DNA of 64,000 nt from an uncultured Methylomirabilota bacterium (GCA_963705305.1 OY970067.1:4032001-4096000), one strand, 5' to 3'. Positions 1 to 10,734 are shown, counted from the first letter of the stretch. Made by a program: numbers and translations. The notes: a model not told the origin generated them from the letters alone.

Positions 1-1060
1 TGTGCGAGTCAAAGAGCTTAGCGAGACCGCCATAGAGGCGATCGGCATTGGCAAAGATCCGATCATAAAAGCCCGATTGGCTGATCTCCTCAAGAGATGC
101 GAGCGCTGCCAGGACCGCAAATAAGTGGCCGGAGTATGTGCCGGAGTGGGCCGCCTGCCCGATAGGGCTGAACGCCTGCATGAAGTCTCGCCGGCCAGCC
201 ACGACAGCCATTGGCAGCCCATTCGCCACCGCCTTAGCCAATGTGCACACGTCGGGTGTGACCCGGTAATACCCCTGGGCCCCACCGCTGGCCATCCGGA
301 ACCCGCTCAGCACCTCGTCGAAGATTAACAGGATGCTATGCCGCGTAGCTTGCTCCCGGAGGAGCTCGAGCATGCCCGGGCGGGGGAGGATGCAGCCGGA
401 GTTATAATTGACCGGCTCGCATATGATGGCGGCGAGTTCATCCGCATGCTCGCGCATTGCCTGGTCAAAGGCAGCGGGATCGTTCCAAGGGATGACGATC
501 ACTAAGTCCGCGATCTGTGGCGGAACCCCCGCCGATTCGACCTGCGTCGGGACATAGGGATACGTGGGTAGCTCATCGCGCACTGGTCCATGAGCGTTCC
601 ACATCACATAATCATGCAGACCATGAAAATGACCTTCAAATTTTAGGATCTTCTGCTTGCCGGTAACCGCACGCGCCAGGCGGATTGCGGCAAGGGTCGC
701 CTCAGAACCGGAGTTGGCGAACCGGACCTGCTCGGCGCAGGGCACTAACGTACACAGCCGTTCGGCTAGGCGACTGTGGTACTCGGTGTCGTACGCGCAG
801 ATCACACCCATGTCGAGGGCCTGCTCAATTGCCTTCCGGATTTTCGGATGGTTATGCCCGAGAAATGTCGCGCCATGGGAAAGGTTGTAGTCGATGTAGC
901 TCCGACCATCCACGTCATACACCCGGCAGCCGTCGCCTCGCGTGAGATACAGAGGGTGGCCGAGGGCGGCATTGAAGCGAGCTGAACCGGATACGCCGGC
1001 CACGAGGTACCGACCAGCAAAATCAAAAAGCGCTGCGCTCTTCCCAGACGTTTGAGTCAT
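1..1060 (-). CDS. Class III PLP aminotransferase, glutamate-1-semialdehyde aminomutase-like (runs off left edge)
   Basis: Not in the ORF track. Manual translation from ATG 1060 (RBS AAAGGAG): MTQTSGKSAALF...RVYDVDGRSYIDY...FLGHNHP...VRFANSGSEAT...ILKFEGHFHG. Confidence 0.85.
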   Translation of the reverse strand, partial: MTQTSGKSAALFDFAGRYLVAGVSGSARFNAALGHPLYLTRGDGCRVYDVDGRSYIDYNLSHGATFLGHNHPKIRKAIEQALDMGVICAYDTEYHSRLAERLCTLVPCAEQVRFANSGSEATLAAIRLARAVTGKQKILKFEGHFHGLHDYVMWNAHGPVRDELPTYPYVPTQVESAGVPPQIADLVIVIPWNDPAAFDQAMREHADELAAIICEPVNYNSGCILPRPGMLELLREQATRHSILLIFDEVLSGFRMASGGAQGYYRVTPDVCTLAKAVANGLPMAVVAGRRDFMQAFSPIGQAAHSGTYSGHLFAVLAALASLEEISQSGFYDRIFANADRLYGGLAKLFDSH

Positions 1061-1130
1061 CTCTCGCTCCTTTCAGAATACATGCGTGTGCCCACCACTA
1101 CAGCAACGCCTTCGTTCAAATACGAAAACA

Positions 1131-2118
1131 TCAGCACGATACCCCTACTTGCCGCGCCAAGCTTTGCAACTCGTTCCATGTCTCTTCGGGCAGCGGAATT
1201 CCCCTCAGGAGACGTTGCCGGCGGGTCCGCGTCTCCGGCTCGCCGGGCAGCATGACCTCCTCGATTCCTTCTGCGGCCGGGGTGGACTTGATCTTGGCGG
1301 CGAGGGCGGTCGCCTGGTTCGCAAATTGGTCGAACGGCACGAAACATGCGATATTCAGAGCCAGGGAAAACGTGCCGTTTCCACCCTCATACTCGGACAG
1401 GGCGGAGGGCGCCATGGCGGACAACGCGCCAGCGGTCAGCTCGATCATGATGCTCAGCGCCGAGCCCTTATGCCCGCCGAAGGGCAGCAGAGCCCCCCCG
1501 GCGAAAAAACGGCCGGGTTCAGGGAGGGGCGGCCGTCGCAGTCCAGCAACACGCCTGCTGCGACCTTTTCCCCCCGCGTCCGAGCGACGCGAAACTTACC
1601 TTCGGCCACGCTAGCCGTGGCAAAATCAAGCGACAGGGTCTCGTGCCCCGCACCGCAGGGCACCGCCCAAGCCAACGGATTTGTGCCGATTGCGGGGCGG
1701 CGTCCGCCGTGGGGCACAACAACGGCGTCCGTATTGCACATCGCCAGACCGATCATCCCAGCACCACTTAGCGTCGCCGTATACTCTCCCAGGCGCCCGA
1801 CGTGATTGCATCGGCCAATGGTGACAGCTCCCACGCCAAACCGCTCGGCCAGCTCGATCACCGTCTGAGCGGCCAGTCGCGCTGCCACTTGCCCCCACCC
1901 CCAGGCTCCGTCCACGTGCGCCGTGGCAAACTGTCGCCTTTCGATGGTGGGCTGGGCAGTCGGTTTAACCTGTCCTGTGCGAACATATGTCGCATACAGT
2001 GCAGGTTCGCTTCGATCAACGAGTCCTGGACCGCCCGCGCCGAGTCTGCAGGGGTTCCCAGGCCCTCTAGAATCCCCTGGGCGATGCAGCTCAAGTCCTC
2101 AACATGAAGAGTTGGCAT
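1131..2118 (-). pseudogene. Ldh_2 family (malate/L-lactate/sulfolactate) dehydrogenase, frameshifted
   Basis: Three frames carry consecutive family motifs (LIEANL; DGAWGWGQVAA, NHVGRLGEY, GTNPLAWAVP, LDFATASVAEGK; VMLPGEPE). The usual GHDSHG motif is missing. Confidence 0.8.
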
Positions 2119-2283
2119 GAACACAGATCCTGTCTCGGCGCGAATCTCTATGACTTTCACACACTGGAGCAGACCGGGACGACACAACGAAGCTTCGATC
2201 GGGCGACCCTAGTAACGTCCCTTCTCCTCTTGCTCTCGGTGGGCGGAAACGGGTAGCTACCGAGCCGGGATTGCGCATTGAAT

Positions 2284-2949
2284 TCAGAGGATGCCGTATT
2301 CTGCAAATACCTGACGAATGCTGGTCCCCCGCGCCAGAATGCCCCGGACCTTGTTCTCGCCCGAGACCTTTTGCAGGGCGCGCGAGATTGCCTCATTTTC
2401 AACTGCTGCTGGGATCGCGACACTGCCATCTCCGTCAGCCACGACGAGGTCCCCGTCCTTCACGAGGACGCCGCCCACCTCGATCGGACAACGGATGGCG
2501 GTGACGTGAGCGCGGCCCTTCGAATCCGCGGCCCCACAGCCGGTGGTGAAGACCGGAAACCGCATGGCGGTGATCCCGGCCACGTCACGAGTCAATCCAT
2601 CGAAGATCGCCCCCCGCCCACCTCTAGCCCGGGCGTGGGTGCTCAGCAATTCCCCCCAAATGGAGCAGCGCCGGGAGCCGTGCGTGGTGCAGACAATGAC
2701 TTCCCCGGATCTCAACTCATCCAGCAGCGCGAGTTCGAGTTCGTACGGGTTCGCCAGGATCTCGTCCACGTTGGTCGCCAACATCGTGGCAGCGCGACCA
2801 ACGATTTTGGCCTCTGAATAGACCGGCCGAATGTCATACCGCATGACTTGATTCCGGTACCCAAGGTCGTCCAGGACGTCGGCCACCACGGCCGTATAGA
2901 GCTTCGTCGCGATCTCGTCGAAGTAGGATTCGGTCCAGTTCGTTTCCAC
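2284..2949 (-). CDS. RraA family protein (HMG/CHA aldolase-like)
   Basis: TAVVADVLD, IVGRAAT, WGELLSTHARARGGRGAIFDGLTRD, GDLVVADGDG; GTG start after GGAGGA. Confidence 0.85.
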   Translation of the reverse strand: METNWTESYFDEIATKLYTAVVADVLDDLGYRNQVMRYDIRPVYSEAKIVGRAATMLATNVDEILANPYELELALLDELRSGEVIVCTTHGSRRCSIWGELLSTHARARGGRGAIFDGLTRDVAGITAMRFPVFTTGCGAADSKGRAHVTAIRCPIEVGGVLVKDGDLVVADGDGSVAIPAAVENEAISRALQKVSGENKVRGILARGTSIRQVFAEYGIL

Positions 2950-3050
2950 GCTATCCTCCCTCACATCCCGAGCGACTGTCGGACCGATGTTCCGAAACGC
3001 GTCCCAAGGTTTTGCACCAAGCCTTATTCGCCTTATTCCTGCCACGCGGA

Positions 3051-4250
3051 TCAGAAAAGGGGTACCGCGGGAATCCACTCGGGCCGGTGCGGATCATAGA
3101 ATTCGTTGACGGCCCCTGCCTCTTGGTATGCCCGGTGATACTTCTCGACTTTCGTTGGGTCCAGCGTCACTCCGAGACCGGCGCCAGTGGGAACGGTAAA
3201 ATGACCATCCTCATACGCAAAGGGCTGCGTGATCACGTCATCTGCCTGATCATGGTAATGACTATCAATGGCATAGCGCAGATACGGACTCGCCGCCGCG
3301 AGATGCAGCATGGCCGCCGTGGAGATGCCGAGCTCCCGATCGCTGTGCATGCCCACACCGAGCTGGAACGCTTCCGCCACTGCCATCATGCGCTGATTCT
3401 GACGGAACCCTCCCCAGAAATGAATGTCGCTTAAGATCACGTCCACGCTCCGGGCGCGAATGCCCGGGGCGAGTTGTTCCCACGCCACGAGACACATGTT
3501 CGTGGCCAGGGGAATCGGCACAGCCTTGCGAACTTGGCTCATCCCCTCCATGTTTAGCGTCGGGTCCTCTAGATACTCCAAATCTATCCCTTCCGCGAGG
3601 AGGCGATGCCCGACGCGAATGGAAGTCTCCACCGACCACGCTGCGTTGGGGTCCCACCGGAGCGGGGAGGCAGGGAATTCTTTGCGGAGGAGCCGGACGA
3701 CGCGGAGCTCCTCATCGGGGGGAAGGACCCCCCCCTTAAACTTGATGACCCGAAAGCCGTACTCGTCGACAAGCTGCCGGGCACGGTCCACCATGGCTTC
3801 CGGGGTGGACTCGCCCCCGACAGTCCCGGTCGCATCCCAGTAGCGGTAGAAGAGATAGGCACTCGCCTCGATGCAGTGGCGCGTGGCCCCGCCCAGCAGC
3901 TTGTACAGAGGAAGGTTGAGGGCTTTCCCGGCCGCATCCAAGCAGGCCATTTCGATTCCTGCCCGAGTGACCGCCGGTACGGTGGTTTCATAACTCGTGA
4001 AAAATACGCTCAACCGGTGGTGCATCACCCCCGTGTCCAAGGGGTCGAGCCCGACGAGATACGGTCGCGCAACGTCGATCGCGTGTTCCGTCCCTGGCCC
4101 CCCGTACGTTTCGCCGATGCCGATAATCCCGTCGTCGGTATGGAGTTCGATGAGACTCCGGGTGGTCCCGACCTCGACCCCGAGGCTCCACCGCAAAGGC
4201 GCCTTCATGGGGACCGTGACCGAGATCGCCTTCACATCCGTGATTTTCAT
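3051..4250 (-). CDS. Enolase superfamily (mandelate racemase/glucarate dehydratase-like) enzyme
   Basis: KITD..., GIGETYG, KFKGG, DPNAAWS, YLEDP, PLATNM, GMHS motifs. Confidence 0.9.
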   Translation of the reverse strand: MKITDVKAISVTVPMKAPLRWSLGVEVGTTRSLIELHTDDGIIGIGETYGGPGTEHAIDVARPYLVGLDPLDTGVMHHRLSVFFTSYETTVPAVTRAGIEMACLDAAGKALNLPLYKLLGGATRHCIEASAYLFYRYWDATGTVGGESTPEAMVDRARQLVDEYGFRVIKFKGGVLPPDEELRVVRLLRKEFPASPLRWDPNAAWSVETSIRVGHRLLAEGIDLEYLEDPTLNMEGMSQVRKAVPIPLATNMCLVAWEQLAPGIRARSVDVILSDIHFWGGFRQNQRMMAVAEAFQLGVGMHSDRELGISTAAMLHLAAASPYLRYAIDSHYHDQADDVITQPFAYEDGHFTVPTGAGLGVTLDPTKVEKYHRAYQEAGAVNEFYDPHRPEWIPAVPLF

Positions 4251-4278
4251 GTGTCATTCCTTCGCCCGTCAGGGCGCT

Positions 4279-5061
4279 TCAGGGATGCAGAATGGCCTGG
4301 AGGAAGGTCCGGGTCCGCTCGTTCCGGGGACTGTCAAAGACTTGCTCGGGCGAGCCCTCTTCCACCACCTTGCCCCCCGCCATTAGAACCACCCGGTTCG
4401 CCACGTAGCGGGCAAATCCCATCTCGTGGGTAACCACCACCATCGTCATCCCATCCTTCGCGAGCGTACGGATCACGTCGAGCACCTCGGCGGTCATCTC
4501 CGGATCGAGTGCGGAGGTGACTTCATCGAACAACATGAGATCCGGGTTCATGGCGAGCGCGCGCGCAATGGCCACGCGTTGCTGCTGCCCCCCCGAGAGT
4601 TGAATCGGGAGGTACAGGGCCTTGTCCTCAAGACCAACCTTCGCCAGGAGGTTCATCGCCTGGGATTCCGCCTCCCCTCGTGGAACTCGGCGGACGTTGA
4701 TCGGCGCCAAGGCGATGTTGTCCAGGGCGGAAAGATGGGGGAACAGGTTGTATTGCTGGAACACGATCCCGATCTCCATCCGCAGGCGGCGCAGCGGCTC
4801 CCCCGCCAACTCAAACCCCGGCTGGCCCGGCAGCTTCCGCGCCAGAGTTTGCCCTTTGAATAGGATCTCCCCAGCGGTGATCGACTCCAGCCGGTTCAGG
4901 CATCGCAGAAACGTGGTCTTCCCAGACCCGCTCGGGCCAATGACCGCGACGACCTCGCCGCGCGTAATATTCAGACTGACCCCGGTTAAAACGTGCACAC
5001 GGCCAAAGGACTTGTAGATGTCCCGGGTCTGCACGACCGTCGCGTCACTCTGCTCACTCAT
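4279..5061 (-). CDS. Polar amino acid ABC transporter ATP-binding protein
   Basis: [44 protein letters not shown]. Confidence 0.95.
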   Translation of the reverse strand: MSEQSDATVVQTRDIYKSFGRVHVLTGVSLNITRGEVVAVIGPSGSGKTTFLRCLNRLESITAGEILFKGQTLARKLPGQPGFELAGEPLRRLRMEIGIVFQQYNLFPHLSALDNIALAPINVRRVPRGEAESQAMNLLAKVGLEDKALYLPIQLSGGQQQRVAIARALAMNPDLMLFDEVTSALDPEMTAEVLDVIRTLAKDGMTMVVVTHEMGFARYVANRVVLMAGGKVVEEGSPEQVFDSPRNERTRTFLQAILHP

Positions 5062-5065
5062 GTGC

Positions 5066-5785
5066 TTACGCCTCCGTCCCCGACCGCGCGAATAGCTGGG
5101 CTCTCTTCGCCTGCCTTGGCTCCGGAATAGCCTTCATTTTTCGCTCCACCCATGTCGCGAGGAGCGCCCACGGATAGCAGATGATGAAATAGAGCACGGC
5201 CACCTCAGTGAAAATGGTCAAATACTTGTACGTGGTCGCTCCAAGCAAGATGCCTGCGAACATCAGTTCCTGAATGGTGATTACCGACAGGAGTGAAGTG
5301 TCCTTAAAGAGTCCGAGGAGATAGTTCACGGTGGGCGGGAGGGAAACGCGCGCGGCCTGCGGCAGAATGACCAAGCGCATGGTCTGCCAGTACGAGAGTC
5401 CCAGAGATTCGGCCGCCTCCGTCTGGGTTTTCGGCACGGAATTTATTCCGGCGCGATATACCTCCGAGAGATAGGCCGTGTAGTTAACGCTCATCCCGAT
5501 AATACCGGCAACGATGGCGGGGAGCGTGACCCCGAAAAACGGAAACACGTAGAAGATGTAGTAGAGCTGCATCAACGCCGGCGTGCCTCGGATGAATTCC
5601 ACGTAGGCGATCATCGGCACCCGCAGCATCCGGAACCGGGAGATCCGGGCCAAGGCCACGAGCACTCCCGCGACGATTGAAATCGTCATGATGACAAAGG
5701 TCAGAATAATCGTGTACTCCGCCCCCTTCAGAAGCGTGGGGAGATACTCCATGAGGTCTACCCATCGAATGGCCGGAACGTGCAT
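5066..5785 (-). CDS. Polar amino acid ABC transporter permease
   Basis: [22 protein letters not shown] motif, ILPQA, KDTSL. Confidence 0.95.
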   Translation of the reverse strand: MHVPAIRWVDLMEYLPTLLKGAEYTIILTFVIMTISIVAGVLVALARISRFRMLRVPMIAYVEFIRGTPALMQLYYIFYVFPFFGVTLPAIVAGIIGMSVNYTAYLSEVYRAGINSVPKTQTEAAESLGLSYWQTMRLVILPQAARVSLPPTVNYLLGLFKDTSLLSVITIQELMFAGILLGATTYKYLTIFTEVAVLYFIICYPWALLATWVERKMKAIPEPRQAKRAQLFARSGTEA

Positions 5786-5871
5786 GATTCACTCCCGAGC
5801 AGTCGTTGGTCGATTTGTGAGCGCGAGCCCGAGGCCGGCAGTGTCCGGCCTCGGGCAGCTCGCCTTTTCGA

Positions 5872-6705
5872 CTACTTGATGAGATTCACCTCGGACAACC
5901 CGTACTTCTGTAAGATGGCCAATAGGGTGCCATCGGCCTTCATCTTGTTGAGCTCCGCGTCAAAGGCCGCCTTGAGCGTTACGTCCTCCTTTCGGAACCC
6001 GATGCCGGAGGGTCGGGGCGCCTTGCCGGCCCAGACCCGCAGGATCTCAAGGTCGGGCTCGGGGTTGACGACGAACGCATAGCCCGTTGTGGTCTCATCC
6101 GCGAGGGCGCCATCAATCCTCCCCGCCTTCACGTCCGCGAACATGTCCCCATGCTCCTTGTAGGGGACAGCTATCGCACCCGGCACCGCCTTAATTTCGT
6201 CGAGATTCGTCGCGCCCAGGATGCCTCCCATCCTCTTGCCGACCCAGTCAGCCTTTCCTTTGATGTTCTTGGGGTTGCCCTTGCGGACGACGATCGCATC
6301 CCCATACTGGTAAATCGGCTCGGAGAAGAGGATCTCCTCTTTCCGCTTATCCGTGATGCTCATTCCGACCGACATCAGGTCCCATCGACCTGCCTGCAGC
6401 CCCGGGATCAGCCCCGACCAATCCGCGACGATGAAATTCCATTTTTCGACGCCGATCTTTTTCAAGATGTACTCGACGATGTCGTTGTCAATGCCTTTCC
6501 ACTTGCCGTCGCTCGGGTCGAACCAGTCATGGGGAGGTTCATTGTACGAGGCAAGCAGGGCGTACTTCGTGGTCTTGAGCTTGGTGAGCGTGTCTGCGGC
6601 ATTGGCTGGGGCACACTGAACGGCCAAGAACACGCCCACGATGGAGACTGCCAGCAACCAGAAGAGGAGCGCGAATGGGGAATGCTTTTCTCGTCGCTTC
6701 ATCAC
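5872..6705 (-). CDS. Polar amino acid ABC transporter substrate-binding protein
   Basis: Signal peptide, WSGLIPGLQAGRWD, FSEPIY, MKADGTL. Confidence 0.93.
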   Translation of the reverse strand: MMKRREKHSPFALLFWLLAVSIVGVFLAVQCAPANAADTLTKLKTTKYALLASYNEPPHDWFDPSDGKWKGIDNDIVEYILKKIGVEKWNFIVADWSGLIPGLQAGRWDLMSVGMSITDKRKEEILFSEPIYQYGDAIVVRKGNPKNIKGKADWVGKRMGGILGATNLDEIKAVPGAIAVPYKEHGDMFADVKAGRIDGALADETTTGYAFVVNPEPDLEILRVWAGKAPRPSGIGFRKEDVTLKAAFDAELNKMKADGTLLAILQKYGLSEVNLIK

Positions 6706-6917
6706 AGACTCCCTCCTTCGAAAGCAACAGTACCCTCAGGGCCAAAAAGGTCCGTCCTCCCTTCGCTTTGCCACCTCCTTTCAAGTCACGGGGCTGAATC
6801 TCTTCACGTTAAGCAAGCTGCGACCAGAATGAATCCGGCCGCCGCCCACGTGAACTAGTATCTCCCTTAGAAGAACTCGTAAATCGGATAGCTCTCCAAA
6901 TCTCTGAACCCGAAGGA

Positions 6918-7709
6918 TCAGGATCTCCGGGCGCACGGTGCAGAGTGCAAACCGCCTTCTCCTCGCTGCCATGCCTCTAGGCGCTCTTGAAACGCCCTCG
7001 AGACATCCTGCGCTGTCGGCGATCCGTGACGGACCCCCGAATGCCGGCTATCTCGCTGCTCATCCTGCGGGAAAAACCGCATCGGCAACACGGTGAGGTC
7101 CTTCTGTAGCCACTCGATCATTCGTCCAGCGTTCTTGGCGGCCCAGGCGTTGTACATGCCTTCGTGGAATTGTTGAACATCAGAGAGATTCACTTCCCTC
7201 TGCAAGTGCATGTAATAGATGTAGGGACTCACCCGGGCCCAGAGGAGATCTATGTGACGCATCAACACAGCTGATGCCCCATACGAGTAGATCAGATGAT
7301 GAAAGGCGAAATTGGCTCGGACATATTTCGCTGCTGACTTCTGGAGGTGGATCGCCGTTTGGTCCAACAAAACCCTCGCCTTGGCCAAGGCGGTGTCCGG
7401 CCGCAACTTACATGAGCGTTGAGCCGTTAAGGACTCCAGCAGAAGTCGGATCTGGAAGATCTCCTGCATCTCCGGAACCGACAGGGTGTTCACTCGGATC
7501 CGGCGATTGGTCTCGATGATCACGACTCGTTCCGATTCGAGTTGCCAAACCGCCTCCCGAACAGGCATGAGGCTGACGCCGAACTCTCGTGCCAGCCCGC
7601 GCAGGCTTAGTGTCTCGCCGGGGAGAACACCAGCGAAAGCGATTTTCTCTCGCAGTTGGTCGTAAACCTGCTGGCGCAGGGTTATTGTGGAGAGTTTCGT
7701 GAAACGCAT
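6918..7709 (-). CDS. GntR (FCD) family transcriptional regulator
   Basis: LRQQVYDQLRE...PGETLSLRGLAREFGVSLMPVREA; NFAFH. Confidence 0.9.
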   Translation of the reverse strand: MRFTKLSTITLRQQVYDQLREKIAFAGVLPGETLSLRGLAREFGVSLMPVREAVWQLESERVVIIETNRRIRVNTLSVPEMQEIFQIRLLLESLTAQRSCKLRPDTALAKARVLLDQTAIHLQKSAAKYVRANFAFHHLIYSYGASAVLMRHIDLLWARVSPYIYYMHLQREVNLSDVQQFHEGMYNAWAAKNAGRMIEWLQKDLTVLPMRFFPQDEQRDSRHSGVRHGSPTAQDVSRAFQERLEAWQRGEGGLHSAPCARRS

Positions 7710-8033
7710 TGGTCCACCCCGGGATCACCCATATCAATGGTGTCGCATTTCAGTCCGCGCAAGAAACGCGTGGGGCCGCGCTGAGATGGTTCTCGTTTGG
7801 CAGCAAGGCTTCGGCTCCAGGTCCGCGGTGCGAGTGTGCTCACGCGTGGATGCCGGCCCTTTGAGACTCGGTTGGGCAGAGTGCCAGGTATGTTTCCCAT
7901 GATACCGAGCGGCCGGCTCCCGCTCTGCGACTCGCGTGACCTCGGTCATCGCGACGCTCCGAACGCTCTGATGCCAAGACCTGAAGGCAATGGCTCGCTT
8001 GGGCCGGTGATAGTCGGCACGTCGAATTCTAAC

Positions 8034-8068
8034 TGTGATCACATATATCATTCCTGAGCTGTTGTCAA
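8034..8068 (-). promoter_or_regulatory. Candidate promoter (TTGACA) overlapping palindrome TGTGATCACA, upstream of the GntR cluster
   Basis: TTGACA on minus strand at 8068-8063; perfect 10-bp palindrome 8034-8043. Confidence 0.45.
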
Positions 8069-8198
8069 CACGAAAATGAGGTCGTTTGACCAAACGGAGG
8101 CTGAAGGAGCACTTCCACTTCCGGACCCGCACTCGAGTTGTTTGTGGATTCGCGACCAAGTTGAGTGGCGCCTTTGGCCAGGCACGCCCCCCGTGCTT

Positions 8199-8731
8199 CA
8201 GCATAATTCCTGGCACTATGCCGGGCAAAGCAAGGAGAGGACGTCCAAGTGCTCGTGAATCAAGGATGCCGCCCATATCCGTCCGCACTGTCGCCCGGCA
8301 TAGGTTTCTTGGGATTACGGCTGGTTGAGGAGCGCCGGCAACTCGTCGCAAGCCCCATAGCGACTGGGCGTTCCGTCGGGTGGCGTGGTCTTGGCGAGGA
8401 TTTCCTCCTTGAGTGCGGGGTTGGCCTCGAGGTAGATCTGCGTGGTTTCGACCGATTCACCGTCTGCTGGGAGGAGCCTTCGGCGTGTATCTCAACCGCA
8501 AAGGCATCACTGTACGGACCCAGCGGGCCCTCATGCAGGCGCTGAACTGTTGGGGCATGTCTGGAGAGTGATGGGTCATGTGCCTCCGCCTTGTGGAATG
8601 GGTTACTCAGAGGAGACACCGAACTATGCCGGGCGTGCAACTCTGAAGCACGCCATGGATGGGACAACGCTCGCTCTACCCGGCATAGTCCGGAGGTCGG
8701 CATAGTGCCGGCTATGCTGGGGCCGGCATAG
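8199..8731 (-). mobile_element. Internally deleted RIT (recombinase-in-trio) element remnant
   Basis: RitA-like N-terminus (RLHEGPLGPY) fused to RitC-like C-terminus (ESVETTQIYLEAN..LKEE.LAKT) over 8315-8579; six CTATGCCG/CGGCATAG copies at 8216, 8296, 8624, 8681, 8698, 8724. Confidence 0.65.
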
Positions 8732-8733
8732 CA

Positions 8734-8752
8734 GGCAAACATTTGGCAAACA
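8734..8752 (+). repeat. Direct repeat GGCAAACA x2, candidate integrase arm-type sites
   Basis: 8734-8741 and 8745-8752, about 120 bp from the reconstructed tRNA-Val att core once IS110 is removed. Confidence 0.45.
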
Positions 8753-8876
8753 GGAGCCCCCAGAACAAGGCAAAATAGGCTTGGGCGGGCTGAAAGGCGA
8801 AATGCTTAACTCCTTGACAACAAAAGCCATTCTGAAATAGCCAGGAACGGAATTACTGTTTTGGCCTTGCCTTCTT

Positions 8877-10260
8877 TCAAGAAACTGTGCTACCGGCCGG
8901 AGTGGCCGGCACGAGCTGAAACCCGAGGGCCCGGGCCTGGGCGCGGAGCCGGGATTCGGTCCGGCGCCGGTGGTCGGATTCCGCAGCCGCCAGGCGGCTC
9001 TCGTCATAGGGCTCGTGGGTGGTCAGTAAGTGATAAATGATCCGCGCGAGCTTGTGGGCGGTGGCGGTGATCGCCTTGGGGGCCCCGAGCTTGGCGCGCA
9101 TCCGGCGGAAGAACACCCCGAGCACCGACGGGCTGCGGGACAGGCTCTGGGCGGCGAGCCGCAAGGCCTGCGCCACCCGGTGCTTGACGTGGCGCGTTTT
9201 CACGGACAGGATCTTCCCGCCGGAGATCCGATTATCGGGACAGAGGCCGAGCCACGAGGTGAAGTGGTCATTGGCAGGGAACGGGGACAGGTCGGCCCCG
9301 AGCTCCGTGAACAGGGTGGAGACCGTGGAGGTCTGCAGGCCGGGCACCTGCGTGAGGTCGGTCCCCAGGATCCGGTAGAGCTCGGTGCGGAGATCGAAGC
9401 CCGGAGGGACGGGGATGCCGCGCGGTGTGCGGCGAGACCCTTTGGAGGGTGGGAGCGGGTGCGTGGCGGGATCGATGGTGGAGGCGAACGTGCCGAGCCG
9501 CCGCTGGATCTCCGTCTCGCACTCCCCGATCAGGTGCTGGGCATGGCGGTAGGAGGCCAGCGCCTGGCGGAGCGTGAAGCGGGGCTCCGACCGGGAGTCC
9601 CCCACGAGCGCTTTCGCGATGGTTTCCGCGGAGGCCTTGACGCGGTGGTCGCGGTGGCCGGCCAGCACCTGGGGATCCCGCTCCCCCGCCAGGAGGGCGT
9701 CCAGGATGGCCAGGCCGGTGACGCCGGTGAGATCCGTGAGGACGTGGTGGAGCTGGAGGTTCATCTGGGTGAGCGCCTTCTGCATGTGCTGGGTGGGGGC
9801 CGCGGCGGCCTGCACCAGCCCGTCGCGGTGCCGGAGCAGGGTGCGCACAGCGCAGACCGCCTCGGGCGGCCGGAAGGAGGCGCGGAGGAGACCCACGGAG
9901 TGCAGGTACTGGAGCCACTGGCAGTCCTGGACGTCGCTCTTCCGCCCGGGGACGTGCTTGACGTGGCGCGCGTTCACCAGGCAGACCTCGAAGCCGCGGG
10001 TCTCCAGGATCTGGGAGAGCGGGATCCAGGACCACGCCCGTGGCCTCCATCGCGACCGCGGTGATCCCGCACTGCCGGAGCCAGTCCGCGAGGGCGTGCA
10101 GGTCCTCCGTGAAGGTCCCGAAGCGCCGGATGGGCTCGGGGTTCCGGTCGAGGGGCACGCAGGCGTAGATCTCGGTGGCCCCGAGGTCGATGCCCGCGGC
10201 GTGCGGCTGCAGGATCGGCATGGTGACGGGGCGGGTGGTGCGGGGCAGGCGTCTGGCCAT
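8877..10260 (-). pseudogene. IS110 transposase, one frameshift at about 10030
   Basis: GIDLG, AMEATGV, KSDVQDC, FTSWLGLCP...SGG, ATAHKLARI; the frame changes where GVYW is expected. Confidence 0.9.
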
Positions 10261-10567
10261 GGGGGCTCCTCCAGGTGGGGGGTGAAGGCCAGAACCGGCA
10301 GGCGGCCCAGGTCGTGCCGAACGGCAGGTACTCTTTCAATCGGGATCACCACCCGACGGCGGACCCCCATCGGGGGCGTAACCAGTGACTTGCGCACGCG
10401 ACCTGGCACCACGCTTACAAACGGGCTGAACTCCTCGGCACCAGTCGTATCGGTCGGTGTATTGCTTGCCTCGGCCAGCCATGGTGCCGGTACGATACAG
10501 GAGACGCACGCGCCAGGAAAGTCAGTTTCTTTTGTCATTGCCCCGGCCCACGCGGGCAGGGTCGCGG
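10261..10567 (-). ncRNA. Putative IS110 bridge RNA region
   Basis: Two parallel motifs: CTTACAA-ACGGG (10414-10425, equals the target) and CTTTCAA-TCGGG (10333-10344, equals the element end). Exact RNA ends unknown. Confidence 0.65.
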
Positions 10568-10612
10568 CTTACAAGCAGGGGGTCGGTGGTTCGAAACCAC
10601 CTTCGCCCACCA
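10568..10612 (+). tRNA. 3' fragment of tRNA-Val(TAC), att-like, not a complete gene
   Basis: CTTACAAGCAGGGGGTCGGTGGTTCGAAACCACCTTCGCCCACCA: anticodon loop, T-arm, CCA; no D-arm or 5' acceptor strand. Confidence 0.85.
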
Positions 10613-10623
10613 CGGAACTCTGC

Positions 10624-10670
10624 GGAAACACACACCTCCAGAGAAGGTCACCCTGGAGGTGTGTGTTTCC
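10624..10670 (+). terminator. Perfect 18-bp hairpin after the tRNA-Val 3' end
   Basis: GGAAACACACACCTCCAG-N11-CTGGAGGTGTGTGTTTCC. Confidence 0.65.
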
Positions 10671-10734
10671 AGATCGCTCCCAGTAAGCACGAGACTCCGA
10701 AATAGACGGCACTGCCCGAGATGAGGGCGAACGT

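Larger units (their letters stand above)
8874..10569 (-). mobile_element. IS110 family element
   Basis: DEDD transposase, no terminal IRs, CT core at both junctions (8874-8875, 10568-10569), about 300-bp upstream non-coding end. Confidence 0.85.

Noticed and set aside
10465..10471. CTTGCCT in the IS110 non-coding end matching the left flank
   Set aside because: Wrong orientation and register for a right target guide under the IS621 model; may be chance.
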